Below are positions 51,753 to 64,000 of a stretch of 64,000 nt of DNA, piece after piece (the stretch's first letter is position 1; each line of letters opens with the position of its first letter). The notes beneath the pieces were generated by a model, which had not been told where the DNA came from, did not search any database, and was given only the letters and a program-made list of their open reading frames with translations. Origin of the DNA: Fimbriosthenelais zetlandica (Eukaryota); assembly GCA_977030845.1 (NCBI GenBank), contig OZ365115.1, forward strand, positions 31,186,001 through 31,250,000, written 5' to 3'. The position numbers and the translations under genes were made by a program.

Positions 51753-53564
51753 AACTGAAAGACAAATGACAATAGTACCGACCTTAGTGAAGCTATGTCA
51801 TCTTAGTGACGTTTCTTGCCAATCACAGTGAGGGGACAGGACCATGACAAGTCTCAGTATGACACCATCTGTCAATCCGAACACTTTTTTGGACACTTAG
51901 CCTCTGGCCCAATTAATTAGCGGTCAATTGAGTTATTTCATTATTGCCTGAAGGGGAATAGAACTGGCACGCCGTTTCATTCTTTCATCATGCACACATT
52001 TGAGTGACCCCGAAGCACAGTCCTAAGTTTTTCTATTTGTTTTAAAACAATAGGTCATCTTCCTTACTCGTGATCATTTCATCAGTAAAATACATAGAAT
52101 GTATAAAATATAAATTTAAAGGACATTATAGAATCAAAAGGACCAAGATATATGGTCCAGATATGGGTTCATCTCTCAAGAATCTTTTATTCACTTTCTT
52201 TAAAACGAAATGAATCATTTTCAAACAATAATATTGAAGTTTGGATTATTATGTAACACCTCCGGGACCTATAATAACACTTGAAAAGACCTCTGGGCAA
52301 TACCATAGCAGTGAGGGTGTGTGAATGGTCAGAGGGTGGAGGATAAACACCGCCCCAGTAATGGACGACCACTACAATTACTAATGTTTGTGACACGGAC
52401 ACTGAGAAACGGTCCACCTCCTTGTCAAAGTCTTGTCAAACTGCTGCCTTTGTTGGGACTTACGAAACATACAGCTTCAGCTTACAAATCACTCCAGGGT
52501 CAGCGATCTTAGCTGGAGCTGCAGTCATCTTCAAGTCTGTCCATAGCAGCCATATATTCACAGACTTAGCTTTGACTATTCCTTTGGGGTGTTTTTAAGG
52601 GAAAGGAAGGGTGTGGCTATTGAAACTATCAAAAAGCCACCGACTCTAGTTTTCTTACACTCACTGAAACAACGTGTATCCTCCAAAACACTTCCTAGAA
52701 GTGCAGCGTTTGTTGGTCAAAACTCTGTATAAATGTTTTAGCAGGCTTGTGACAAAAAATGACATCACTCATAGATGTATTTGACTATGTCTATAGGCCC
52801 ATTGCACATTCAACTATCGGTCTATAGATGTAAACTCAATAGACAACAGTTGGCTATGAAATGGGATGATTCCTTTCATACTGTATACAACTGTAAATAA
52901 CATCAAGTGGCTGAGGTTGGCCTGAACGATATGCCAGTCCACCTTGATGTACAGCCAAAATAGCCCATGAATTGCTCGGCTGTACTGGCTAAATCACTCA
53001 CAACTAGCTCTACTGGTCATATACCTGTCCTATAGCTGGAGATGAGGTACTCCTCAAATATGTCTGATTATCAAGGGTTGAGCAATTGTGTACTGCTCGT
53101 TTGTTCTTATCTTAATCAACTCACCTGGGGACCAGGGGAATGGAGGAGTCAATTTCAGCTAGTGTGGATCATTTGTCATTTGATCTCAGAAACAAAATGC
53201 AAGATACTATAAGTACTGCATAAACAAAGTTTTTGTCCGATTCATTCAGTGAAAAATAATGTATTCAATATGTTTCTGCACATTTCTGCACATGGAATTA
53301 TATGTGCAGCGATTGAGGGGAGATAGCAATATAATGGAAGACCAGATTTTGAGAAGGAATACAGAAATGTCTTCTTTATTGCTTCCGACAGCGGCGGACA
53401 TTGCAATAAATGAAGTATTGTGCAAAACAGGTGTAACTTTTGTTTAATGGCAGGGACTATCAGTGTTAATAAAGAAGTCACTTCCACCTGTGCCACTGTT
53501 CATTCTGAACATAAAGCCACCACACTACCAGACAGAATGGCTCTAGACATATAGCATGTGAGGC

Positions 53565-53995
53565 GTCACTGATGACTAGCAAACATTCACAAAAGTAATA
53601 ACAGTAAATTTTCATTAAAAAAAATCAGGAATAACTAATTTGCTCTCGGTAAAATATTCAGGGAAGGCAGCTTAGTGTCTAGTCTGTGCTAACAATCTAG
53701 GTCCACTGTTTTCATAGGCTAGAAGAGTGATAATCTGGGAGGAGTTTAAGCAGGGAGTGAATGTACTATAAAAAATAGATCCTCTGCTCAGTCACTGATG
53801 ACTTTCAAACATTCACAAAAGTAATAACAGTAAATTTTCATTAAAAAAATCAGGAATAACTAATTTGCTCTTCAGGGAAGACAGCTTAGTGTCTAGTCTG
53901 TGCTAACAATCTGGGTCCACTGTTCAAAGGCTAGAAGAGTGATAATCTGGGAGGAGTTTAAGCAGGGAGAGACTGTACTAGTAGATCCTCTGCTC
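53565..53995. repeat. Head-to-tail tandem duplication of ~210-225 bp
   Basis: 53565-53790 and 53791-53995 both begin gtcactgatgact..caaacattcacaaaagtaataacag and end tagatcctctgctc, differing by small indels. Confidence 0.93.
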
Positions 53996-55582
53996 CAGCG
54001 TTTTACCCAGCTAACATAGATCACCTACACACACCTTCTGGCTCTCTGTCAGTATGTGTTACAAACATAAAGGTGGTCAGTGAGGAATAACAGAGGTAGC
54101 TTTAACTTAGCACAAACACTGCCTCTCACATTACAACTCTAGGTTGTGAAGGTATAGGTGTAAAGGGTAGCTCCCCTTGTTCCTATTACCCCCTTTACAC
54201 ATTGTGAAGGCCACAAAACAGTGTCATCTATTTTCAGATCCATGATACAACAAATGCTTGCCTACCTACAGGGTTGGGTAAGTATTATTTGAGTGGGTCA
54301 CAATGGGCAAGCTAAAGCACATGAGGCAATGGATGGTCTGAACTGATGCAGCATGTAAGTATAATGGTAAAAAGATTCAATGTATATGCTGGTAGAATAT
54401 ATTCAGCCAGTGTTGCAGAAGGTGCGAGTGAATCATGGTCTACTTTAGTGTGAAAGAATGGCCATATTGTAAGACATAAACCTGCCATACTCCAGTAATG
54501 AGGAGGAATGTGATGACGTGCACAAATATACACATCCAGATATTCATCATACGTACAGAATGCATGTATTAGTAGATGATACTTGTCATCTTCATCATTT
54601 AAATTTCGTATCTTGGCCAGTTCCGGAGAAGAATATAATTGCTTCTCAGACCTGACTAACAAGGTCCTGATTAATCCCAGATGCAGACAGGAGTAAAAGT
54701 CATGATTTATCTGACAGGCAGGTATAGTTTCCTAGGATAAAGATAAGACAGCTGATGGTTGCCGGTTCAACCTGCGGAGAGATCAATTTCTAACTGAAGA
54801 TGCTTAGTTCCTGTATCCCGTCACATTAACTTGACAAGAGGGTCAGAATTTAAGACAAGAGTCAAGCATTGAAGTACCATAGAATAGGTTCAGGTAATAG
54901 CCTTTGTAATTTCACCAGAGCCATGGAAAATGTTAAGTTGTCCCATCAAGGAAAGTGACACACATAAACCAACAGGATAATGATAGGGGTTAATGTGAAC
55001 CCCTCCCTATAGATATGGATATATGGGGCAGTACAGGAGATACAAGTAGAAATAGCCTACATACCATCAAGTGGGCTATGAGAGGCTCACTATCTGGTAC
55101 AGACCACCTACCTGTCCCATCTGAGAAGCTATAAAATTATTTTTTATAAAGGTTCATACTTTCACACCATGTTGTGGTTTATGTACAATAGCCATGAAGC
55201 AGAATACAGGGAAGTGTGGATGGAGGATATTGCAGCAAATTATGGCTTGTTGATGGACATAGTTGGATTTGGCCCAATACCCATAGCAAAAACAAGGATT
55301 GCTTGGCTTATTGACCGGTACCTGAATTCTCCCTTAGAAATATCCCTCTCTCCAAGGGAATTTAAATGGTTCTAGCTTTGTTTGGATCAAACGTTTTGAT
55401 TTTGTTTTATTTCACATTAGTGACAATCTAGATCTACTGATCCCATAAAGCCCATCAAACTATGTACCTGAACCAATATCTGTAATATATTATCTTTGAT
55501 AATGGCCTTTATTCATATAAACATGAAGTTTGATCAAATATCTCTAAGGCATTTACTTCTTCGCTACTTTTCTCAATGAGGC

Positions 55583-55710
55583 GTAACTATGGGCAACGCC
55601 TCCATGAAGCTACATCATTTGCTATGGTGACAACCCATTTTCATACACATATACACCCATTGAGTTACCATGGAAACACCCCCTTCCTGGCATGTATTTA
55701 CCATGGTGAC
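55583..55710. promoter_or_regulatory. Cluster of four X-box-like sites
   Basis: GTTACCATGGAAAC (55664-55677, near-perfect), GTAACTATGGGCAAC, TTTGCTATGGTGAC, TTTACCATGGTGAC. Confidence 0.55.
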
Positions 55711-57473
55711 ACCTTATCTTGTTGACAGGAATGGTTGCACTGTCTGGATTGTAATAACCCTTGAGGGGCGTCCAGGGTAGAGGAGAAGGGTTGGGGAGTG
55801 ATAGGATAACACCCCACTTATCAACATCCAGCTCCCGGTGCCATGCATGAGATACCAGCTACCATCAGGCTGGCATGCTCCATCCTAAACAAATCCACGC
55901 TCCTGCCATCTCAAACAGGTGTCACTGCTCTGCTCTGCACTGTCAGCAGATACTATCGCTGTCACATCTAATAGGAGCCATATTTAATCAGAGATTTATA
56001 GTCATTGAAACCATTTCAATATTGGAATCTTGAGTACATATCATTGGTATTCTGTGCAATGGTATGATCACAATGCATTTCTGAGACCGTTCTGGGGCAG
56101 AACAGAAAGTAATATACTTTATGAAGAATTTGGGCAGATTACATGGCTCATCCATAAAGTATGGAATTACAGACCCTTTTCTTAACGAATTTCCTTGATC
56201 TCCACATCAGATCATATACTACAAGACAGTTATATGATCAGATCAAGTCGGGTATACCATAGAACCAAGGGCCAAGAAGTACAGGGTGGAAGATTAACTT
56301 GACGGGTACATTTTCTGGACTTTTAAGATTGACAAGCTAGCTTTCTGATCTAAAACTTCATCCAGGATAGAGGAGTTAAATGCCATGACTTGGCTTCCAC
56401 CAGACACCATGCCAACATTTGGGGGGCCTTGTAGGCAGCACTTAGTGAAATGTGCCATATCATAAAGTGTCCGTACTTTCTGCTGACATTCTCAGACCCA
56501 GTCTGGCGAGAGCCAATAAAAAGGGTAATTTACAGAAAGTTGCAAGAAGCCCCCATCGGCAGGAGAAGAAGATGCAGAAGCAGAAGGAAGGGGGGCTAGT
56601 CTGTGTGTATAGGTATAGGTAGGTAGATAGGAGGGAAGGGAAGGTATCGGGTGCTGGAGCTGTACTAATATGGCAGCCAAGTTTCCACTCGGATCCCAAC
56701 TTTCCACCTCTCTCTATCCTACAACAGGGATCTACACCATCAACCTGTGATCATCAGGTTCATACTTAAACACCGAAGCCAAAGAAAATCTTGAGTTAAC
56801 AAACAGTGGGAAATAAAGAATGATTAATGAATTGGGATGAGTACACTGATTGTCTCTGGGGCTATTTATAGCGGCCGTCTGGGCTTGGACCAGAGGCATC
56901 CAGTGTACTTACATACCTGAAATATCAGACAAGGTAAAACACAGCAGGGATGAACTGCTGTTTTTGTTTTTTAGCAAAGAAAAACAAATATTAATCAGTG
57001 AACTAAACATGTCAGGTAAGAAAAATACATCATAAATTAGCAGGCAATGATTCATGGTATATATATTCAGAGATGTGAAGAAGTAGGGAAACATAGGAGT
57101 AACTCTCACGCTGAGCTTCTAATCCTAGATGAAAAATTCAATTATTGAATCTGGAAGTTATAATTGATAATTAAGAAAAAATAATTTAAATCTATCATTC
57201 AGGGAGAATATATATACAAGCCACTTATTTATATACAGATTTTAGTGAAATAAAACTATAAATATGTAAGAAATGACAGAAAATAATCTTTGAAATGAAA
57301 TGACACTCTGGGGAAAGCAAAGACGGGGTGGAGAGATAGAGAGGGTGTAGAGTGGAGGGTACAGTAACCATGGTTCCACTGGTATCCAAGCACCAGTTAA
57401 CATGGCAGAGAGAGGTTGAGATGATGGATGACTTGGCGCTCCAGGAACAACTCCAGGTGCATTTCACGCCGCT

Positions 57474-57525
57474 GCCACCATAGCAACCAAAATGGGTTAC
57501 CTTGGCAACGCGTTTCTATGGAAAT
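57474..57525. promoter_or_regulatory. Cluster of three X-box-like sites
   Basis: GCCACCATAGCAAC, GTTACCTTGGCAAC (57496-57509), GTTTCTATGGAAAT. Confidence 0.55.
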
Positions 57526-58244
57526 AATTCCTCTAAGAGCCTCAAATGCACGCCTCCGCCATCCACCCACCCCTATGTGATTAAGGGGAAATCATGAGGG
57601 ATTAGGGTAATCATGAGGGATTTTTCTGGGGGAAAGGATCAATTTTTTTCAAATTAAAACTTACTTGGCCCTCGTCTACACTTGAGCTCGACACCACAGT
57701 GTACCCACTCATGATTTGACTCATCATCTTGGTCGTTACTACGATATTTCCTCCTTAATGAACCTTTTCCAAATCGACAATATTTTTTCTCAGGTACTCA
57801 ACACCACGGCACGTAGAATCAATCAGAGTATTATTTTCCGTTCCCGCTCCAGTGGATCTTGTCGATTTGGATTGATGACGAGTTTTTTTTCACTTGTTCC
57901 GCCCGGTTACACTTGGTTGGTTCGGCGGCTGTGGTGGTGACTAAAGCCTGGAGCCAACAATCGGGACTTGTGTGTGAGTGAGAGAGAAGTCCAGGGAGAT
58001 GAGGAGGAGGAGCAGGAGCAGTGAATCCCTTGTTTCCTTGACGACGCCTGGAGGACTGATGGGATGAAGCTTTGGGTGCTCTGGCGACCCTCGCCCAGCC
58101 TGGAGGAGGATGGATGAGCAGGAGGTGGAGGACTGGGGTGGTGGCTGGTGGTTGGTGGTGGTGGGTGGTGGTGGTGGTAGGGGTACAGGTCTTACCCACG
58201 GATGTACTCACATACACACCATAGGATCTGTCCTCTCTACCTAC

Positions 58245-58355
58245 CCTCCACTCCTCCAGTGGCCATGAATCAGGGATGTGGGGCGGGGTAACTTTATACT
58301 GCAGTGTCTCCTCCTGGGTGTCAGAGGGGGGAGTGGGGTGTTCACGTGGGCTGGG
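58245..58355 (-). CDS. Candidate upstream exon PSPREHPTPPSDTQEETLQYKVTPPHIPDSWPLEEWR
   Basis: Acceptor tttgtatgcaatacag, donor AGG|gtaggt (phase 0). Alternative donors at 58212 and 58196; frame stays open to a stop at 57831. Confidence 0.5.
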
Positions 58356-59070
58356 CTGTATTGCATACAAACAGATAAATCCCTGGTAAAGAGCGTTTAA
58401 CTATTGCTCTGGATACCGTCTGCACTATTGGGAAACCTGCCAATTTTTTATTCATAAAAAGTGATTATGATCCCAAAGTTAGATGTCATTATTAAGCAAA
58501 GTCTCCCGAATGTCTATGAATCAGGCTTCGCAGCAAACAGCCTCACTTGTACAATTACAGAACTGAACAAACTAGCAATGCCTATAATCTCCAATTATGA
58601 AATGATCGGATGGATGAGGCAATGGCAGGTGGTGGGCGGTGGCCCCAGAAATGGACAAGGAGACATAAATATAGCAAATCCTTGTACTGCTGAGGTCTAC
58701 TGCCTAGGAAACGGCTGAATTGTCTTCAGAAGTCTTTTTCAAGCTCTCCCATCTCCGGCAGACATGGTCACCCAAGCTCCAAACAACCAGCTAAGCATAC
58801 TTTCCTGGCACAAAAATCCACCAACGATTATGAAAAATAATTTGAGGTTGCGGGTCAAGTTTCACAGGAGACATCTGACACACCTGGGAAAAACATCCAG
58901 CTAAGCATCTTCTCTCTATACAAGAGCAAAAGCCAAGCAAATCGCCAGGAAGCAGTATGAGGGGACAAGTGAGTCATGTCAGACTTTAGACGAGGAAGCT
59001 CATGGATAGTGAAATGTATAATCAGCATGGTATTCCTTCCAACAGATTAGGGACTTAGCATCGCTGATAA

Positions 59071-59244
59071 TTGATTGTCAAAGTTGTCAACCTGCACATA
59101 ATCTGTAGCAGCAACGCTTCTATTGTCCGAAAAACTAAGATTTCGTCGGACAAGACAGGTTGTCCAACCTGTAAAAAGTATTTAGCACCAACGCTGGAGG
59201 TAGAAGAGATGGTCAAGTGCAACAGATGTCGGTTTGCCTTTTAA
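59071..59244 (+). pseudogene. Antisense coding fragment with C-x2-C-x15-C-x2-C motif
   Basis: ...SSDKTGCPTCKKYLAPTLEVEEMVKCNRCRFAF* with AATAAA overlapping the stop; upstream 58740-59070 has interrupted coding-like frames. Confidence 0.3.
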
Positions 59245-61990
59245 TAAATGCAAAGCCTGCAGGGCAGAAACCAATTGAATGCCAGATGAAACCATTTTGA
59301 CCACAGCAAATGCACAACCTTCCTAAATTCAGTCATTTTCTTTATTTTCAATATAGTTGAAAATTCATTATACAAAGGCAGTTTCTAGACCCACATCCAG
59401 CCAAGACAAATATTCAGCAAGAGACATACTTTGTAGACCAGGAATGTGAGTACAAGCTCCATGATTCACCCATTCACTACCATCTGCTGAAACTGCCATG
59501 AAAAAATCATTTGAGATGAACCCTAAATGTCTGGAAGCAGTCTTGAACTCTGCTCGAGTACATGTTGTTCTTGGTTACTCTTACACTCCCGCCCATCATG
59601 TAGTTGACTCCCCTTGGGTTCTCCCTCTTCATTCTATACCAAGACTAACCTTTACGGCAGGCTTATCTCTGGGGTTTTAAAAAGATCATGAAAGGTCTGA
59701 AGGAATACAGACTGGTTCCAGGGGATCCCTTCAGTCGGAACACACATGTTCCATAATTTAATTTGTACAAATACAAACCATTTCTAACAGAATCGATGAA
59801 CAAATTGAAGAAAGATTTTCAGAAGTATCTCATACAGTATCGGATTTCTTTTCATAGTCTGTGGTTCGCAAAATGCTGTCAAAGTATGGCTAAGCAACCT
59901 GATTACTTAAAGAAGTCTTCGAAAAGAAAGTTGAGTACATTCAGATATCGTATAGATAAGGTCTAAATTAAACTCTAAATCCATATTAGTCTAGTCTGCA
60001 AAAGATGCAGGCCATGATGGCATCTGAACCGATCGCCTAAAATAACACATCAGCATGAATCAAATGAAATATACATGCTCCTGTGGCTTTCATCCATCTG
60101 TATTGAAACCCTCCAGTAGACAGGAGTCGAGGCACGTGTGGACTGTGAGAGAGTGTATGAACTGTCACTTTGGTCTGTGAGGGATCCTATATAGTTCTCT
60201 ACACACGATGAACAAGAGGAACAGACGGAGGAGAAGAGAGGAAGAGGAAGAGGGAAATACTGGTAGAATCTGCTGACATTAGAGACAGTGACAGATCTGG
60301 GTCAGGACCTCTGGATCATCCTTCTTACCCCACACTAAGTTCAACCCTAGATCTGACAGCCTTTAGGATGGAATCACATTTGTTACACTTCAAAATAGAT
60401 GTTTCCTACTGTTTCTCAATGGACTCGATAAGTTTCTAAATTGAACGAAGAACAGTTGCAATGTATTATGTAGTACCAATGGTTCGACAACTTTCATTTC
60501 TGCTCCTCCAGATCTGAATCTGATGACTTGGAGAATTATTCTACCATCAAAAATTCTGCGATTATTGATGCCATGCAGGGATGTTTTAGGCTCTGACCAT
60601 TTTATTTTGCCATTCTTGGTTTCCTGATCTCAACATCAGTAACCAAGGGAACCTAGGTCGATTATACCAAGACAAAAAGCATTAATGGGAAAACGATGAA
60701 CATGATTGTTCTGGTATATTGCCCATCATGAAGGGTCATTATATCTCGGTCCTCCAATAAACCTCCCACTAATCCACTTTACCAGGTACTCCAATTTCAC
60801 CTCCAGGGGTGAATTACAAGGCACTAATTCACAATAATTATTAATATTCTATAAAGTTACTCCTTGTAATTATGTAAATATTAAGTTTCTAGGCTTATCA
60901 TTTATGAGATATAATAAATTTTATGACTCTTGAGACATTATCTGTTTGATAACCAAGAAGTATCTACATAAATTCAAGAAATGTCAGAAGGCTAAGTTTA
61001 AGCCACTGGGCATGATTCAGTGTTCTACACCTAGCTAGGCTATGTGGAATATGTCCCTATATTTATCAATGATACTGGGGTGGCATATTTTGATATTGCT
61101 GAAAGACAGGACTAGGCATCCACAAAGAAAAAGAGATAGGCCGACAAGAAAACTTAGCTTGAGACTTTTTTGATCAGAAAGTATATATATTTTACACGTC
61201 TAAGAAATCTCTGTTTCTGCCTGACAGGGGGACTGCCCCCACCCCCACTGGGAAAAATCCATGTACCCCCCTTCTGCCCCCAGTGGGAAGGATGGGATGA
61301 TCTAAGCCTGCCAGCTGGGGATGGCATGGGGAGCATATCTGGCCCTGAAATCATAGTGAAAACAGACAAACTTAATCTGTTTGTATAGAATGGCAGAACC
61401 TGGCTAAAGGTTGTGCATATGGTTAGGGCTCGGGCTTGGATCGAAAATATGCACCGACGTGGCCTAAAATTAATTATATTAACCTCTATAAACTATCTGT
61501 CATTTTTCTGGGGCTATAATGTAGATTTTGGTACTTTAAGTAATAAAGTCCGGATAAGGATAAGGACTAAATACACACCAAACCAAAGCATGAACTCATA
61601 AAGCATTACCACATTCCATTTATTCGGTATAGATGCATAAATATAGTTCTTGTGACATAAAAATGTGTATATTTATAGCATAATATACCAATGGAAGTAG
61701 AGGCTGGCCAGGTTACTTACATTAATATATGGAGCTTGTAACATAGCGCAGCCCCATCCTAAGTGCAACATGGTTGCTTAATTATTTCACACACACAAAC
61801 CATCCCCGGGCAGCTCGGTGGAATCTCTGTTATAGGTTAGTGTAGTTAGTGTGTATGAATGTAAATGTAGAGCGTTTTTAACCTCTAGTATACGGAATGC
61901 TATGGAAGAAAACGACTGGAGGAAGGTTAGACACTGGAGGGATCCAGCCCCTTCTAGCATGTTAAAGAACATGTACAGGGTCACCTATAC

Positions 61991-62118
61991 CTGCCTCCAG
62001 ACTGACTCTTGCTGGAGAGATTCTCCAGCAAATGTTGGTATTGGAACAGGGTCAGGAGTGGACATTTGAGCCAGGTCAGATGGGTAGGGATACCTAGTGG
62101 GTATACTGGATGGCGCAT
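61991..62118 (-). CDS. Candidate upstream exon APSSIPTRYPYPSDLAQMSTPDPVPIPTFAGESLQQESVWRQ
   Basis: Acceptor gttttcgcggggttcag, donor CAG|gtatag, 128 nt, phase 1 to 0; Pro/Ser-rich like other exons of the gene. Confidence 0.38.
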
Positions 62119-62520
62119 CTGAACCCCGCGAAAACCCTTAGATTTTACAATATTCATTGCTGCAAATGCTATGCCTCATGAGGTAACCCAGTGTCAAATA
62201 TACATAATTGGGAAATACATGGAAAGGACATAAACATGATTCTATGAAAGTATTTACTTAACATACTAAGAGACCTACCACTGTTACACTATATTATGTC
62301 AGATATATCCATCTTAGATCATCAGTGTCAGTGGTAATTATTAAGGGGTAATTACATGAACTAAGCCATGGAACCGTTTAAACGGTCCCAGGTAATAAGT
62401 TTGATTTGGATCACGAGTACACTCATCCGGTGGCATGGTAAAACTGGGCATACACACCTCTTAAACTTCTACCCAAGCCAAGCATATGTGAGCTGTACCT
62501 GGATTTTTTGTTTGGTATAG

Positions 62521-62534
62521 GTTACCTAGGAAAC
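62521..62534. promoter_or_regulatory. RFX X-box-like site
   Basis: GTTACCTAGGAAAC, ~400 nt upstream of the 62118 candidate exon. Confidence 0.45.
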
Positions 62535-64000
62535 GTGCTAGTTGGCAGGGGAAGAGGAAGATAATAGATCCAAATCATTTCGTCCATACCAAATTGACAT
62601 CATTGAATTAAATTAATGACATTTTCAACAAAAAATTGCATTGTTTACTCTCATAACTCTGGACTGAGTTATATTCAAGAACATTATTGCTCTTTCTGTT
62701 GAATTCGTGTCTCGATGTCATTTCTTTAAGAGTATTTCCTTTGCCCATTTTGTAAACTTGGTAGATGTAGGATAGTTGTACATTAATCCATTAGAAATTG
62801 TTATAATTAAGAATTGGATTTTGAGCAAGTAATGGGAGGGAAAGTTGATAATTAATTGTTGATTACAGTCTGCTCTCTGAGGCATATAATTACTCAATTT
62901 GACAATAAAAACTGTCCAGAAGATTGCAGATCACTCTGTACAAGACATACCATTGTAAGTAACCCCTCAGCCGAGCTTAACCTACCAGGCTGAAGAATGA
63001 CATTTTGTTCAGGGTATTAAAGTTTACCCGGTACAGAAAGATCATTAAACCCTAAAATCCTTTGTGAACAACGAGGTTTATGTTCATTGGATTCCCGCAG
63101 GTAAAGGGAAGATGCAGTAAAGGTGTGGAAAGGCATCGGGCATGTGAATGCACTTAGCGTCACCATATATTATCCAATACTGTCTTCAACAAAGATCCAT
63201 GGCTAAATCTTCAAATAACCCAGGGACAGTAGGGCGCCAAGCCTTCAAATGCTTGACCAATTTTTGACCATTTTCAAACACCTTAGGCAAAATACAACCA
63301 TTATCATACATTTGCTCTAAAAGTAATTTGGGACTGTAAACTATGGGTGCTTCAAATAATGGTAGCCTAAAATAGCTTCGTGAGGAGGAAAGTTGAAAAT
63401 GTGGGCATATAAAATTTCTACGTGAACGTTTATTGTTGAAAGGTGCTCTTATATACAGGCCTGGCAGAGGTATAGTATGTGCACCAATACATCTCGAGTG
63501 TTAGGCGAAATTCAGGCTTGGAATGTTCCCAATGCCTGTTTCAAAGGCTGTTGGAGGAAATTCAATTCCTCTGCGTGTCAATCATACAGACAGTGACACA
63601 GGTTTGCCAATCCTTGCTCAATTAACCCGCTTTTCAATGTTTTACATCCATACTGGTAGATCATACATGCATTACATGATAAAATTTCCCAGCAGAGGTA
63701 ACTGCAGGCGATGGGGATATAGGGGTTGTAGGAAGGAATGGTAGTTCCCACCATATCAAATATTCATTGAGTTATGCCAGTCTAATCTTTTGTGTTTACA
63801 TGCAATGTATTCAGAACACCGAATATATTTCAACATCCTTACTTATTTAAGGCATGGAGATAATACATTGCAATGTCGAAGACTGTGTGTCTACATCGAT
63901 ACATTCTGAATAGTTATAAATAATTATATAGTATACATATTGTATTTCAACATCATGACTCATCTAAGGGATAGAGAAAATGAAGAAAAAATGACAATCT

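Noticed and set aside
54312-55375. 116-aa and 68-aa ORFs with protein-like composition
   Set aside because: No recognisable motif or phase-compatible splice sites; possibly transposon relics but unsupported.
20231-56871. Five perfect MEF2-type CTA(W)4TAG sites (20231, 29288, 46875, 49077, 56862)
   Set aside because: A rough estimate at this AT content gives about 3-4 by chance in 64 kb, so the count alone is not evidence of muscle regulation.

Overview
AT-rich metazoan (probably invertebrate) genomic DNA. I found no prokaryotic features, rRNA, tRNA or CRISPR arrays. The window is dominated by one large, intron-rich minus-strand gene reconstructed by hand from GT-AG splice sites and codon phase: exons 40792-39962, 38066-37923, 36688-35645, 24874-24832, 22640-22568, 20672-20648, 19532-17973/17661, 14696-14460/14427, 10599-10476, 5141-5005 and 489-365, continuing off the left edge. 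It encodes acidic/Pro/Thr-rich disordered segments, seven ~60-aa repeats (ENxP..(R)xDVVRExD...G.ARNL..RW) and the first half of a LIM domain of the EPLIN/LIMA1-LIMD2-Xin class. Likely isoforms include a LIM-less form with a Lys/Glu-rich tail, a LIM-containing form, and possibly a near LIM-only form from an internal promoter. Introns contain clusters of RFX X-box-like palindromes, several weaker candidate first or cassette exons, two local tandem duplications, simple repeats and decayed coding relics. Splicing and promoter calls are predictions from sequence only. That all exons belong to one gene is inferred from phase continuity, not from transcripts.
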